Source: Brevundimonas sp. (lineage in GTDB: Bacteria; Pseudomonadota; Alphaproteobacteria; Caulobacterales; Caulobacteraceae). From it: a DNA stretch of 64,000 bases. The DNA is taken from positions 19,552-83,551 of the forward strand of contig JBKBQO010000009.1 in the NCBI GenBank assembly GCA_046292645.1, given 5' to 3'. The notes under the pieces are model-generated. The model had not been told where the DNA came from. It did not search any database and saw only the letters and a list, made by a program, of their open reading frames with translations. Of the stretch, positions 32,887 to 44,356 are shown piece by piece (position 1 is the first letter of the stretch; every line of letters starts with the position of its first letter). The position numbers and the translations under genes are program-made.

Positions 32887-33009
32887 TATCGCCCGGGTAT
32901 AATTCCCCTGAAAAAGAAGCGTGGCCGGACCTCTTGCCGCAGGAACAACCGGCTCCGACATGCGCTTCCGCAGCAGGCCTCCCCGCCCTCCCCCACCAAA
33001 GGAATTCCC

Positions 33010-33315
33010 ATGACCGACCAACGCATCGAAGGCGCCGCCGCCGAACTTGAGGGCAATGCCCAGAACGGCCTCGGCCGCCTGACCGGCGACAGCAAGCTGC
33101 AGCTCGACGGCAAGATCAACGAATACAAGGGCAAGGCGCTGGACGCCTATGGCCGCGTCATCGACGGCCTCGACGGCCTCGTCGAAAAGGCTCCGGCCCA
33201 GTACCAGGACAAGGCCCGCCAGGGCCTCGACTTCGCCCGCCGCAAGCCGCTGCTGACCACCGGCATCGTCGCCGGCCTGGCCGTTCTCCTCAGCGGCCTC
33301 GGCCGCCGCCGCTAG
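33010..33315 (+). CDS. CsbD family stress protein with C-terminal membrane anchor
   Basis: DQRIEG...G.AQNGLGRLTGD.KLQLDG; AAAGGA RBS; possible EcfG promoter GGAAC-N16-CGCT at 32942. Confidence 0.88.
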   Translation: MTDQRIEGAAAELEGNAQNGLGRLTGDSKLQLDGKINEYKGKALDAYGRVIDGLDGLVEKAPAQYQDKARQGLDFARRKPLLTTGIVAGLAVLLSGLGRRR

Positions 33316-33896
33316 ACCCCGTTGTCGGCCGCCTGTGCGAACAGGCGGCCGATCTCCGCATCGACCGCCCCCGGCCCGTCCAGCTCGACCACCGCTGTCA
33401 GCCGCTCAGACCAGCTCTCCCGCCGGACCGCAGCCAACAGCCGCGGCGAGACCGCGGTCTCCAGCTTCAGCCCCAGCAAGGCCCGTCCGCCCTTCAGCGG
33501 ACGCATCGCCGCGAACTGCACCGCCCGCGAAAAGGCCGTGTAGCCCTTGCGCTGACCGACGATCACCCCCTCGACCTCAGCGGCCCGACGCTCCATCGCC
33601 TCCAGGACCGCCAGCGACCGCGGCTCGGCCCACAGGGCGGCGCGCAAGGCCTCGGCGTCGTCCCAGCCGATCGCTTGATCGGGACGCGCGGCGTCCAGGA
33701 TGTGCGCCGCGTGATTGGCCCCGAGGCCGTGGGTCGCCTTCAGCCAGGCCGCCTGCGCCTTCGGCCGCGTCTCGGGACAGCCCTTCAGGATGTCGACCCA
33801 GACCGCCACCGGCCGCCCCGTGGCCTGTTCGAAATTGGCCTCGACCGTGGCGAACCATTTCTGCTGCCGCTCGGTCAGCCCCGCGCCCTGCTTCAT
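33312..33896 (-). CDS. DUF4287/DUF5655-type protein
   Basis: NFEQATGRPVAVW...WLKATHGLGANHA; KGYTAFSRAVQFAA. Confidence 0.8.
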   Translation of the reverse strand: MKQGAGLTERQQKWFATVEANFEQATGRPVAVWVDILKGCPETRPKAQAAWLKATHGLGANHAAHILDAARPDQAIGWDDAEALRAALWAEPRSLAVLEAMERRAAEVEGVIVGQRKGYTAFSRAVQFAAMRPLKGGRALLGLKLETAVSPRLLAAVRRESWSERLTAVVELDGPGAVDAEIGRLFAQAADNGV

Positions 33897-33940
33897 GGTC
33901 ACCCTCCGCCGTTCGCGGGGACCTTGCCCCTGCCCGCGCC

Positions 33941-33974
33941 AAAGAAAAAGGCCCCGGCGTCTCCGCCGGGGCCT
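33941..33974 (-). terminator. intrinsic terminator after clpA
   Basis: AAAGAAAAAGGCCCCGGCG-tctc-CGCCGGGGCCT. Confidence 0.8.
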
Positions 33975-33998
33975 GCTTCGTTCGTGCGACGGCGACCG

Positions 33999-36311
<2,313 letters not shown>

Positions 36312-36322
36312 GGAGGTTCCTC

Positions 36323-36658
36323 TCAATCCTTTTCCATCGTGCATTGCAGAGGGTGCTGATGGCGCCGCGCCGTCTCGATCACCTGGGCGACCTTGGTCTC
36401 GGCCACCTCATAGGTGAAGATGCCGCACACCCCGACGCCATGCTGATGCACATGCAGCATGATCCGGGTGGCCGCCTCGCGGTCCTTCTGGAAGAACCGC
36501 TCCAGCACATAGATGACGAACTCCATCGGCGTGTAGTCGTCGTTCAGGATCAGCACCCGGTACAGCGAGGGCTTCTGAAGCTTCGGCTTGGTCTCGGTGA
36601 CCGTGTCGGCCCCGAGGCCTCCACCTTGCTGTTCACCTGGCCTGCGTGACGGCGGCAT
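36323..36658 (-). CDS. clpS: Clp protease adaptor ClpS
   Basis: [26 protein letters not shown]. Confidence 0.98.
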   Translation of the reverse strand: MPPSRRPGEQQGGGLGADTVTETKPKLQKPSLYRVLILNDDYTPMEFVIYVLERFFQKDREAATRIMLHVHQHGVGVCGIFTYEVAETKVAQVIETARRHQHPLQCTMEKD

Positions 36659-36781
36659 TCGTAATCCGTGTGGGGAAGTGTCGAGAGCTCAGATAGGGAA
36701 TGATGGCCTGAATTGAAGCGGCGGCAAGTCACAGCTTTGAGGGATAATCGCTTCCTTCCTCCATTTCGGGGGCCGGGAATC

Positions 36782-36813
36782 GAAAAGGCCCTCCGGATTG
36801 CTCCGGAGGGCCT
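36782..36813 (-). terminator. intrinsic terminator after the phasin gene
   Basis: GAAAAGGCCCTCCGGA-ttgc-TCCGGAGGGCCT. Confidence 0.8.
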
Positions 36814-36844
36814 CGTCGATACGCTTGTTGAAGCGTGGGTCGCC

Positions 36845-37351
36845 TTAGCGGGCGGCCTGGAACTTTTCGACCGAGGCGGTGACGCGCTCGTTGATCGGCT
36901 GGAAGCTGTTCTTGACCGAGGCGGTCAGGATGTCCGTCGCCTTGGTGACTTCAGCCAGATAGGCTTCGGTGGCCGACTTGGCCCAGGTCGTCTGCAGCTC
37001 GAGCAGTTCCTGGATCGAACGGGCCTGCGACATCGACTGGGCGGCGGCGACGCCGTCTTCCCACGACTTCTTGGTGAAGGCGACCGATTGGGCCGACAGG
37101 GTTTCGACGCCCTTCTGCGCGGCGGCCGCCGAGGCGACCATGGCTTCCAGGTTCTGCTTCGACTGGGCGCTCAGTTCGCTCAGGCCGGCGGCCGATTTGT
37201 CGGCCACTTCCCGGAACGCCTTGGCGCCGGCCGCCTGGGCGGTTTCAGCATTGGCCTGGAAATTGGCCTGGGCCTTTTCGCTGTTCGCCTTGACGGCGTT
37301 GGCGTTCATTTCGACGGTCTTCTTGACGGTCTCGGCGGTGGTGTCAGCCAT
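36845..37351 (-). CDS. phaP: phasin (PHA granule protein)
   Basis: Ala-rich helical protein; ARSIQELLELQTTWAKSATEAY...FQPINERV; GGAGA RBS. Confidence 0.88.
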   Translation of the reverse strand: MADTTAETVKKTVEMNANAVKANSEKAQANFQANAETAQAAGAKAFREVADKSAAGLSELSAQSKQNLEAMVASAAAAQKGVETLSAQSVAFTKKSWEDGVAAAQSMSQARSIQELLELQTTWAKSATEAYLAEVTKATDILTASVKNSFQPINERVTASVEKFQAAR

Positions 37352-37435
37352 GGTGGTCTCCAATGTCGTATGCGCGGCGGGGGGGCCGCCTGATGTGTTC
37401 CGCGACGAGTCAGGCCATCGCGACAGGGGCTCATA

Positions 37436-37482
37436 TGGTGCAAGTGCGAAGGCGCGTCAAGCCTGAATGGTGCAGTGCACAA
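37436..37482. promoter_or_regulatory. putative PhaR/AniA binding sites
   Basis: TGGTGCAAGTGCGAA and ATGGTGCAGTGCACAA: TGC-N3-GCA type repeats upstream of the phasin gene. Confidence 0.55.
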
Positions 37483-37603
37483 AAGTTCACAAAATCGTTG
37501 ACAGGTTGTTTACCCTCACGAAACCGGATTGCCCCATGTTAGCTTTTCCAGAGCGTCGCGTGGTGGGGCCGCCGTCGCGTTCATGTCTTGTGAGGCCTGA
37601 TCC

Positions 37604-39031
37604 TTGTCGTTTTCCGCCCTGATCCGTCGCGGACTTCTGTCGCTGCTGCTGGCCTTCGCCGTGGTCATGACCCCGACCACTACGCCTATGGCCCAGTCGC
37701 AAGACAACGCCCGTTACGCCGCCATCGTCATCGACGCCGAGTCGGGCGAGGTGCTGTTCGCGCGCCACGCCGACAGCCGCCGCTATCCGGCCTCGATCAC
37801 CAAGGTCATGACCCTGTACCTGGCCTTCGAGGCCCTGACCGAGGGCCGGATCAAGCTGGACGACGTCATCACCGTCTCGTCCCGCGCCGCCAGCCAGCCG
37901 CCGTCCAAACTGGGCCTCGCCGCCGGCCAAACCATCACCGTCGACGACGCCATGCGCGCCACCGCCGTGCGCAGCGCCAACGACATGGCCATGGCCCTGG
38001 CCGAACACATCGGCGGCTCCCAGGACCGGTTCGCCGCCCAGATGACGCTCAAGGCCCGCGAACTGGGCATGACCCAGACCCGCTACGTCAATCCGAACGG
38101 CCTGCCCGACGCGCGCCAGCTGACCTCGGCCCGCGACCTGGCCATCCTCGCCCGGGCGGTGATGCGCGACTATCCGCAGTACTACCGCTATTTCGGCCTG
38201 CACGACTGGGCCTACAACGGGCGCGACTATCGCAACACCAACGGCCTGCTGCGCAATGGCGGCGGCTATGACGGCATGAAGACCGGCTACACCAACGCCT
38301 CGGGCTACAACCTGGCCGCCTCGGCGGTGCGCGACGGCCGACGCCTGATCACCATCGTGCTCGGCGGCCGCACCACGGCCAGCCGCAACGCCCACGTCGC
38401 CGCCCTGATGGACACCGGCTTCGAGGTCGAGCGCGCCCGCGCCCGCGGCGAGGTCATCCAGGTGGCCCAGACCTATTTCGAGGCCCGCGGCTTCGGCCTC
38501 GGCGCCGACAACACCGGCCCGATCGAATACGCCTCGGTCGCCGACGAGGACGCCGCCGAGACCGGCTTCGGCTCCAGCGCTCCGCCCTCGACCGGGATCG
38601 CCTACGCCTCCCTCCCCGCCCAGCCTCCCGCCCCGACGCGGGTCACGCCGGCCCCGTCCGAGCGGGCCGCCCTGGTCGATCGCCCGGCCGACGTCACCGC
38701 CATTCTGAACGGCGGCGCTCCCGCCGCGGCCCCGGCCCGCCCCCGGCCCCCCGCGGCCCGTCCGCCCGCATCGCGCGAACCCGCCCGCGCTCCCGCCGGC
38801 CGCTGGTCCGTCCAGGTCGGCGCCTTCCGCGACGAGACCGTGGCCCGCGACTGGCTGACCGAGGTCCACCGCCGTTTCCGCGCCCAGTTCACGGCGGCCG
38901 AACGCAACGTCCAGAACGCCGGCGGCTGGTACCGCTCGCGCTTCACCGGCCTGACCGAACAGGGCGCCCAGTCGGCCTGCGCCGCCCTGGCCGAGCGCCG
39001 GGTCACCTGTATGGTGGTGCGGCCGGAATAG
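37604..39031 (+). CDS. D-alanyl-D-alanine carboxypeptidase (peptidase S11) with C-terminal SPOR-like domain
   Basis: PASITK (SxxK), SAND (SxN), KTGY; WSVQVGAF...YRSRFTG; start uncertain. Confidence 0.93.
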   Translation: MSFSALIRRGLLSLLLAFAVVMTPTTTPMAQSQDNARYAAIVIDAESGEVLFARHADSRRYPASITKVMTLYLAFEALTEGRIKLDDVITVSSRAASQPPSKLGLAAGQTITVDDAMRATAVRSANDMAMALAEHIGGSQDRFAAQMTLKARELGMTQTRYVNPNGLPDARQLTSARDLAILARAVMRDYPQYYRYFGLHDWAYNGRDYRNTNGLLRNGGGYDGMKTGYTNASGYNLAASAVRDGRRLITIVLGGRTTASRNAHVAALMDTGFEVERARARGEVIQVAQTYFEARGFGLGADNTGPIEYASVADEDAAETGFGSSAPPSTGIAYASLPAQPPAPTRVTPAPSERAALVDRPADVTAILNGGAPAAAPARPRPPAARPPASREPARAPAGRWSVQVGAFRDETVARDWLTEVHRRFRAQFTAAERNVQNAGGWYRSRFTGLTEQGAQSACAALAERRVTCMVVRPE

Positions 39032-39227
39032 CCGATCGCCCGCCCCGTCCGGGCGGGCTGGACCCGCGCATCCTTTTCCCCTATACGCCCCGCCTTTCCA
39101 GGACTTCGGTCCCGGTCGCGGAACTCCAAAGGGTTCGGGAAGTCATCCCGGCCGCCGCCCCGGGATCCATCGTGGGAGAGGACTTACCCGGTCCCCTCGC
39201 GCCGAAGCCCTACAAGGGAGTTACCGC

Positions 39228-39614
39228 ATGGCTCTTTACGAGCACACGGTCATGTCGCGCCAGGACATCAGCGCGCAACAGGCCGAAGCGCTGAACGACA
39301 CCATCAAGGACCTGATCACCCAAGGCGGCGGCACCGTCGCCAAGATCGAGTACTGGGGTCTGCGCAACCTGACCTATCGGGTCAAGAAGAACCGCAAGGC
39401 GCACTATTCGCTGCTCGCCGTCGACTGCCCGCCCGCCGCCATGGCCGAAGTGGAACGTCAGCTGTCGATCAACGAGGACGTGCTTCGCTGGCTGACCGTC
39501 CGCGTCGAGGAACTCGACCTGGAGCTGTCGCCCCTGCTGGCCCGCCGCGAACGCGAGCGCGAACGTGAGCGTGAGCGCACGCCCCGCGACGACGCCGCCG
39601 AAGCCACCGTTTAA
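39228..39614 (+). CDS. rpsF: 30S ribosomal protein S6
   Basis: [33 protein letters not shown]. Confidence 0.98.
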   Translation: MALYEHTVMSRQDISAQQAEALNDTIKDLITQGGGTVAKIEYWGLRNLTYRVKKNRKAHYSLLAVDCPPAAMAEVERQLSINEDVLRWLTVRVEELDLELSPLLARRERERERERERTPRDDAAEATV

Positions 39615-39626
39615 GGAAACCGGAAC

Positions 39627-39905
39627 ATGACCGACACCACCGCTCCGTCGCCGGGCGCGCCGGCCGGCTCCGGCGCCGCCGGACGCCGTCCCTTCTATCG
39701 TCGCCGCAAGGTTTGCCCGTTCACGGGTGAAGGCGCGCCGAAGATCGACTACAAGGACGTCAAACTGCTGCAACGCTACATCAGCGAGCGCGGCAAGATC
39801 GTCCCCTCGCGCATCACCGCCGTTTCCCAGATCAAGCAACGCGAACTGGCCAAGGCCATCAAGCGCGCCCGTTATCTGGCCCTCCTGCCTTACGTGGTGA
39901 AATAA
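39627..39905 (+). CDS. rpsR: 30S ribosomal protein S18
   Basis: [25 protein letters not shown]...[13 protein letters not shown]. Confidence 0.99.
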   Translation: MTDTTAPSPGAPAGSGAAGRRPFYRRRKVCPFTGEGAPKIDYKDVKLLQRYISERGKIVPSRITAVSQIKQRELAKAIKRARYLALLPYVVK

Positions 39906-39906
39906 G

Positions 39907-40491
39907 ATGAAGGTCGTTCTGCTTGAGCGCGTCGATAATCTCGGCGCCATCGGCGACGTCGTGTCCGTCAAGGACGGCTTCGCCCGTAACTTCCTTCTGC
40001 CGCGCGACAAGGCCCGTCGGGCCACGTCGGCGAACCTGAAGGCCTTCGAACTCGACCGCGCCGCCATCGAGGCCCGCAACGAGAAGAACAAGGCCGACGC
40101 CGGCACGATCGGCTCCAAGATCGACGGCCAGACCTATGTCATGATCCGGCAAGCCGGTGAGACGGGTCAGCTGTACGGTTCGGTCGCCGCGCGCGACATC
40201 GTCGAGGCCGTTGTGGCCGAAGGCGGCAAGGTCGAGCGCAGCCAGATCGTGCTCAACACCCCGATCAAGACCCTGGGCGTCCACGAAGTGCTGGTTCGCC
40301 TGCACGCCGAGGTCTCGGCCACCGTCAAGATCAACATCGCCCGTTCGGCCGACGAAGCCGAGCGCCAGGCCAAGGGCGAGGACGTGATCAAGGCCGCCTA
40401 TGACGAGGACCGTGAAGCGGCCCTCGAACAGTCCCGGGACATGGTCGCCGGCGGCGCCGGCCAGCAGGACGGTCTCGGTTCGGAAGCCTGA
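39907..40491 (+). CDS. rplI: 50S ribosomal protein L9
   Basis: MKVVLLERV.NLG..GDVVSVKDGFARNFLLP, GQLYGSV, PIKTLG. Confidence 0.99.
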   Translation: MKVVLLERVDNLGAIGDVVSVKDGFARNFLLPRDKARRATSANLKAFELDRAAIEARNEKNKADAGTIGSKIDGQTYVMIRQAGETGQLYGSVAARDIVEAVVAEGGKVERSQIVLNTPIKTLGVHEVLVRLHAEVSATVKINIARSADEAERQAKGEDVIKAAYDEDREAALEQSRDMVAGGAGQQDGLGSEA

Positions 40492-40515
40492 ACCCGATCT
40501 TCGGCTGAATAAAGC

Positions 40516-40552
40516 GGGCGGCGCCGGAGCGATCCGGCGCCGCCCTTTTTTT
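40516..40552 (+). terminator. intrinsic terminator after rplI
   Basis: GGGCGGCGCCGGA-gcga-TCCGGCGCCGCCC-TTTTTTT. Confidence 0.93.
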
Positions 40553-40613
40553 GCCCGCAAAGCTTGTGCCTTATCTGCGCCGACGCCGTGCGGGAACGGT
40601 CGGGGAGAGAGCG

Positions 40614-40994
40614 ATGAAACATTTGGCATCCGTGCTGTTTGCGCTGGCCGTCCTGCTCGCGCCGGGCGTCGTGGACGCACAGGCGTCCCGGACCCTTGAT
40701 GCCTTCGTCTCGGACGCCAACCGGTTGCCGATGAACGCGACCTCGGCCCTGCGGCCCAGCGCCCATCGGCTCAAGGGCGAGGCCGAAGGGGCCTTCCGCA
40801 CCATCCGCGGCGAGATCCGGTCCGCTCGCGCCGCGGGCCGTACGCCCCCCGCCTGCCCGCCCGAACGCATAAGCCTGAATCCGCAGCAGCTGTTGGCCTT
40901 CCTCAACGGCATTCCGCAGGCGCGCCGGCAGCGGATGTCGGTCACCGACGGCATCCGCGCCTGGATGGCCAGCCGCTATCCCTGCCCCGCCTGA
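40614..40994 (+). CDS. hypothetical exported protein (two Cys, ends YPCPA)
   Basis: Signal peptide MKHLASVLFALAVLLAPGVVDAQA; GGAGAG RBS. Confidence 0.8.
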   Translation: MKHLASVLFALAVLLAPGVVDAQASRTLDAFVSDANRLPMNATSALRPSAHRLKGEAEGAFRTIRGEIRSARAAGRTPPACPPERISLNPQQLLAFLNGIPQARRQRMSVTDGIRAWMASRYPCPA

Positions 40995-41117
40995 CGGCCG
41001 CCGTCCCCGGGCTTAACTGTTCCGGCTACGGAATTCCCCGTCGTCCACAGCGGGCCCAATCTGTCCCCGACGAAGGCTACGTCCAAACCTGTCGCACCCC
41101 GCAGGCATGGGTATGAC

Positions 41118-42614
41118 ATGCCTGCCATGAACGCCTTCGCACCGCTCGCCTTCCCCGGCGCCTCCGACACCGGCCCGATCTCCTCGATGCCGCACAATCT
41201 GGAGGCCGAACAGGCCCTCCTCGGGTCGCTGATGTTCGACAACGCCGTGTTCGAGCGGCTCAGCGACCGGCTGCGCGGCGCGCATTTCCACGAGCCCTTC
41301 CACCAGCGCCTCTATGACGCGATCGAGGATCACATCCGCCAGGGCATGCTGGCCGAGCCGACCATTCTGATGGAGCGGTTCAAGCTGGACCCCGCCTTCC
41401 AGGAGTTCGGCGGCCTGCGCTACCTCGCCGATCTCGTCGACCGGGCCCCGCCCGCCGCCAACGCCCCCGACTACGCCCGCGTGGTCTACGACCTGGCCCT
41501 GCGGCGCGACCTGATCCGCATCGGCGGCGAGATCGTGCGCGAGGCGCCCCAGCCCGAAACCGCCGCCATCGACCAGATCGAACAGGCGGAACAGCAGCTC
41601 TACACCCTCGCCGAGACGGGCAAGCCCTCATCCGGTTTCGTCAGCTTCTCCAGCGCCTTGTCCGGCGCGGTTCAGATGGCGGCCGAGGCCTACCAACGCG
41701 ACGGAAAGCTGGCCGGTCTGGCGACTCACCTCGATGACCTCGACGCCAAGCTGGGCGGCCTGCACCCGTCCGACCTGCTGATCCTCGCCGGCCGCCCGTC
41801 GATGGGCAAGACGGCCCTGGCCACCAACATCGCCTTCAATGTCGCCCGCAACTACCGCTGGGAGCCGACGCCCGAGGGCCGCAAGACCGTCAACGGCGGC
41901 GTGGTCGCCTTCTATTCGCTTGAAATGAGCGCCGAACAGCTCGCCATGCGGATCCTGGCCGACGCCTCGGGCGTGTCCTCGGACAAGCTGCGCAAGGGCG
42001 AGATCGACGCCGCCGATTTCGGCAAGATCCGCGAGGCCGCGGTCGAGATCGGCGAAAGCCCCCTCTACATCGACGCCACCGGCGGCCTTTCGATCTCCAA
42101 GCTGGCCGCCCGCGCCCGCCGTCTGAAGCGCCAGGAGCACGGCCTCGACCTGATTATCGTCGACTATCTGCAGCTGATCACCACCGGCGAGAACAGCCAG
42201 AAGAACCGGGTGCAGGAGGTGTCCGAGATCACCGGCGCCCTCAAGGCCCTGGCCAAGGAGCTCAGCGTTCCCATCATCGCCCTGTCGCAGCTGTCGCGTC
42301 AGGTCGAGCAGCGCGAGGACAAGCGGCCGCAACTGTCCGACCTGCGCGAATCCGGCTCGATCGAGCAGGACGCCGACTGCGTCATGTTCGTCTATCGCGA
42401 AAGCTACTACCTCGGCCGCGCCGAGCCGCGCGAGGGCTCGCCCGAACACCTGCAGTGGCAGGAGGACATGGACCGGCTGGAGCACCAGGCCGAGGTCGTC
42501 ATCGGCAAACAGCGCCACGGTCCGATCGGCATCATCAAGCTCAGCTTCGACGCCAATACGACCAAATTCGGCAACTTGGCGCACGACGGCAGGTATCAAC
42601 AGTCCTACGACTAA
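41118..42614 (+). CDS. dnaB: replicative DNA helicase
   Basis: PHNLEAEQALLG, GRPSMGKT, SLEMS, IVDYLQL, LSQLSR, DLRESGSIEQDAD, KQRHGP. Confidence 0.99.
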   Translation: MPAMNAFAPLAFPGASDTGPISSMPHNLEAEQALLGSLMFDNAVFERLSDRLRGAHFHEPFHQRLYDAIEDHIRQGMLAEPTILMERFKLDPAFQEFGGLRYLADLVDRAPPAANAPDYARVVYDLALRRDLIRIGGEIVREAPQPETAAIDQIEQAEQQLYTLAETGKPSSGFVSFSSALSGAVQMAAEAYQRDGKLAGLATHLDDLDAKLGGLHPSDLLILAGRPSMGKTALATNIAFNVARNYRWEPTPEGRKTVNGGVVAFYSLEMSAEQLAMRILADASGVSSDKLRKGEIDAADFGKIREAAVEIGESPLYIDATGGLSISKLAARARRLKRQEHGLDLIIVDYLQLITTGENSQKNRVQEVSEITGALKALAKELSVPIIALSQLSRQVEQREDKRPQLSDLRESGSIEQDADCVMFVYRESYYLGRAEPREGSPEHLQWQEDMDRLEHQAEVVIGKQRHGPIGIIKLSFDANTTKFGNLAHDGRYQQSYD

Positions 42615-42704
42615 AGGGTGAATCCAGCCGTTGACACCCGCCGGGGTCCCGCGATTAAGCTGGGCCATGGCCTGTCCATCCGGACAGGGGTTGGGGGACT
42701 ACCT

Positions 42705-43811
42705 ATGCGTATCATATTCTGCGCGCTTGCCGCGCTGTCTCTGGCTGCCTGCGCCACGGCGCCGCTGGTCCCCAACGCCCGGCCGCTGAACGCGACCCAT
42801 ATCGAGACCCTCGGGCCGACCCCGGTCACCGTGTTCGAGAACAACCACGGCGTGACCAAGGCCTGGCTGGCCCAGGACAGTTCCGCGGCCGGCGCCTCCC
42901 AGGGATTGCTGGGCGTACTGGTCTCCGCGGCCTTCGACGCCATGATGAACGCCGGTCCGTCGCGCCGCGCGGTCGCGGCCGCCGACGCGGTCGCCGAGGT
43001 GATGCCGGTCGACGCGCTCAACGCCTCGCTGGTCGAACATTTCCGTCGCCAGGCCGCCTCGGCGGCGGAGGGCGGCGTGGCGGTGTCCGAGGTCAAGCTG
43101 ACGCAGCGCCGGACCGCCCCGCTCATCGTGAACGACAATGTCGAGATCACGAGCACCTATCTGCTTTCCGAAGACGCCACGACCCTGCAGGTCGTCTTCA
43201 ACCTGAGCTACACCAACCCCGCCGTGCCCTATGTCACGCCCTACACTTTCGAAAGCGCGCCGCCCAAGAGCGAGCTGAGCGGACCGCTGTACCGCAACAC
43301 CTTCACTTACTACTCGCGTCAGTTGCCGGTGCCGGTCCTCACCCCGGAACTGCAGCAACGCCTGATCGCCTCGATCGAGGACAGCGCCCGCGACGAGGCC
43401 GGCGCCCTGCCGGCCGAGGGCACGGACGCCTTCAAGGCCATGACCCGCGAACTGGACGAGGCCCGGGATGACCGGCTGACCAAGGCCGAGATCTCGATCT
43501 TCCTGACCCGCGAGTGGAGCCGCGACAACGGCGCCCTGCTGCGGGCCGAACTGGAGGCCGCGCACGCCTTCATCGCCCGCTACACCGTCCTCGACATGAA
43601 CCGGACGGCGGTGCCCAGCCTGGTCGGCCAGGACGAAATCGTCGAGACCCTGGCCGACGGCCGCACCGTGCGGCGGCTCGGCTCGGGCGTCGTGGCCGGC
43701 TCCTACGTCTCGTCGCCGTCGGACGTCATGAGTTTCGCCACCTTCGGCAATGCGGTGGCGGTGGCCCAGGCCCACCAGGCGCGCGCCCAGGCCCAGGGCG
43801 GCGGGCAGTGA
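42705..43811 (+). CDS. hypothetical lipoprotein
   Basis: MRIIFCALAALSLAAC lipobox; GGGGGA RBS; strong GC3 bias. Confidence 0.8.
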   Translation: MRIIFCALAALSLAACATAPLVPNARPLNATHIETLGPTPVTVFENNHGVTKAWLAQDSSAAGASQGLLGVLVSAAFDAMMNAGPSRRAVAAADAVAEVMPVDALNASLVEHFRRQAASAAEGGVAVSEVKLTQRRTAPLIVNDNVEITSTYLLSEDATTLQVVFNLSYTNPAVPYVTPYTFESAPPKSELSGPLYRNTFTYYSRQLPVPVLTPELQQRLIASIEDSARDEAGALPAEGTDAFKAMTRELDEARDDRLTKAEISIFLTREWSRDNGALLRAELEAAHAFIARYTVLDMNRTAVPSLVGQDEIVETLADGRTVRRLGSGVVAGSYVSSPSDVMSFATFGNAVAVAQAHQARAQAQGGGQ

Positions 43812-44290
43812 ACCTTCGCGGCAGGGTCGCCGCCGTCGCGGTCCTCGGGCTGGCGGGTCTGTCGGTGGGCGGCTGCTTCGGCACGCCCGCCTACGGGCCG
43901 GTCGGCCCTGGTAGCCTGTACGGCTACACGGACACAGCGATCGAGGGGGGCCGCTCGATCCGGGTGACCCTGCCGTCCTACACAGACGACCCGCAGATCG
44001 CCTACGTCTACTGGAACCGGCGCGCCGAAGAGGTCTGCAACGGCGCCATTCTTCGGAAGCAGATCCACACCGCGCGACAGCACGTGGGGACGGACTACAG
44101 CCGCATGAACGGCATCATCGGCGATTATGTGCTCGAGGGCTATGTCTGGTGCGATCCGTCGGCGTCAGGCGCGGCGGAGCCCGCCGTTCCCGTGACCGGC
44201 GCCGCCCCCCCTGAGACCCGCCAGGACCATGACGCTGTGCTGGCTTTTGGCGAATCTATAGTCGGGTTGGCGGAAAATTCCCGTTCCTGA
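43808..44290 (+). CDS. hypothetical lipoprotein
   Basis: GTG overlaps the upstream TGA (GTGA); lipobox VGGC; YGYTD...RRAEEVC. Confidence 0.7.
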   Translation: MNLRGRVAAVAVLGLAGLSVGGCFGTPAYGPVGPGSLYGYTDTAIEGGRSIRVTLPSYTDDPQIAYVYWNRRAEEVCNGAILRKQIHTARQHVGTDYSRMNGIIGDYVLEGYVWCDPSASGAAEPAVPVTGAAPPETRQDHDAVLAFGESIVGLAENSRS

Positions 44291-44356
44291 TCAACGACCT
44301 GACGATTTAACAAACTATATTCATAGTCGCCTTGGGAACGGCCCCATAATTCCCCC

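Noticed and set aside
37497-37515. CtrA box upstream of the carboxypeptidase (TTGA-N7-TTTA)
   Set aside because: Two mismatches to TTAA-N7-TTAA; too weak to call
39545-39580. GAACGC/GAGCGT hexamer repeat
   Set aside because: Encodes the RERERE tail of ribosomal protein S6
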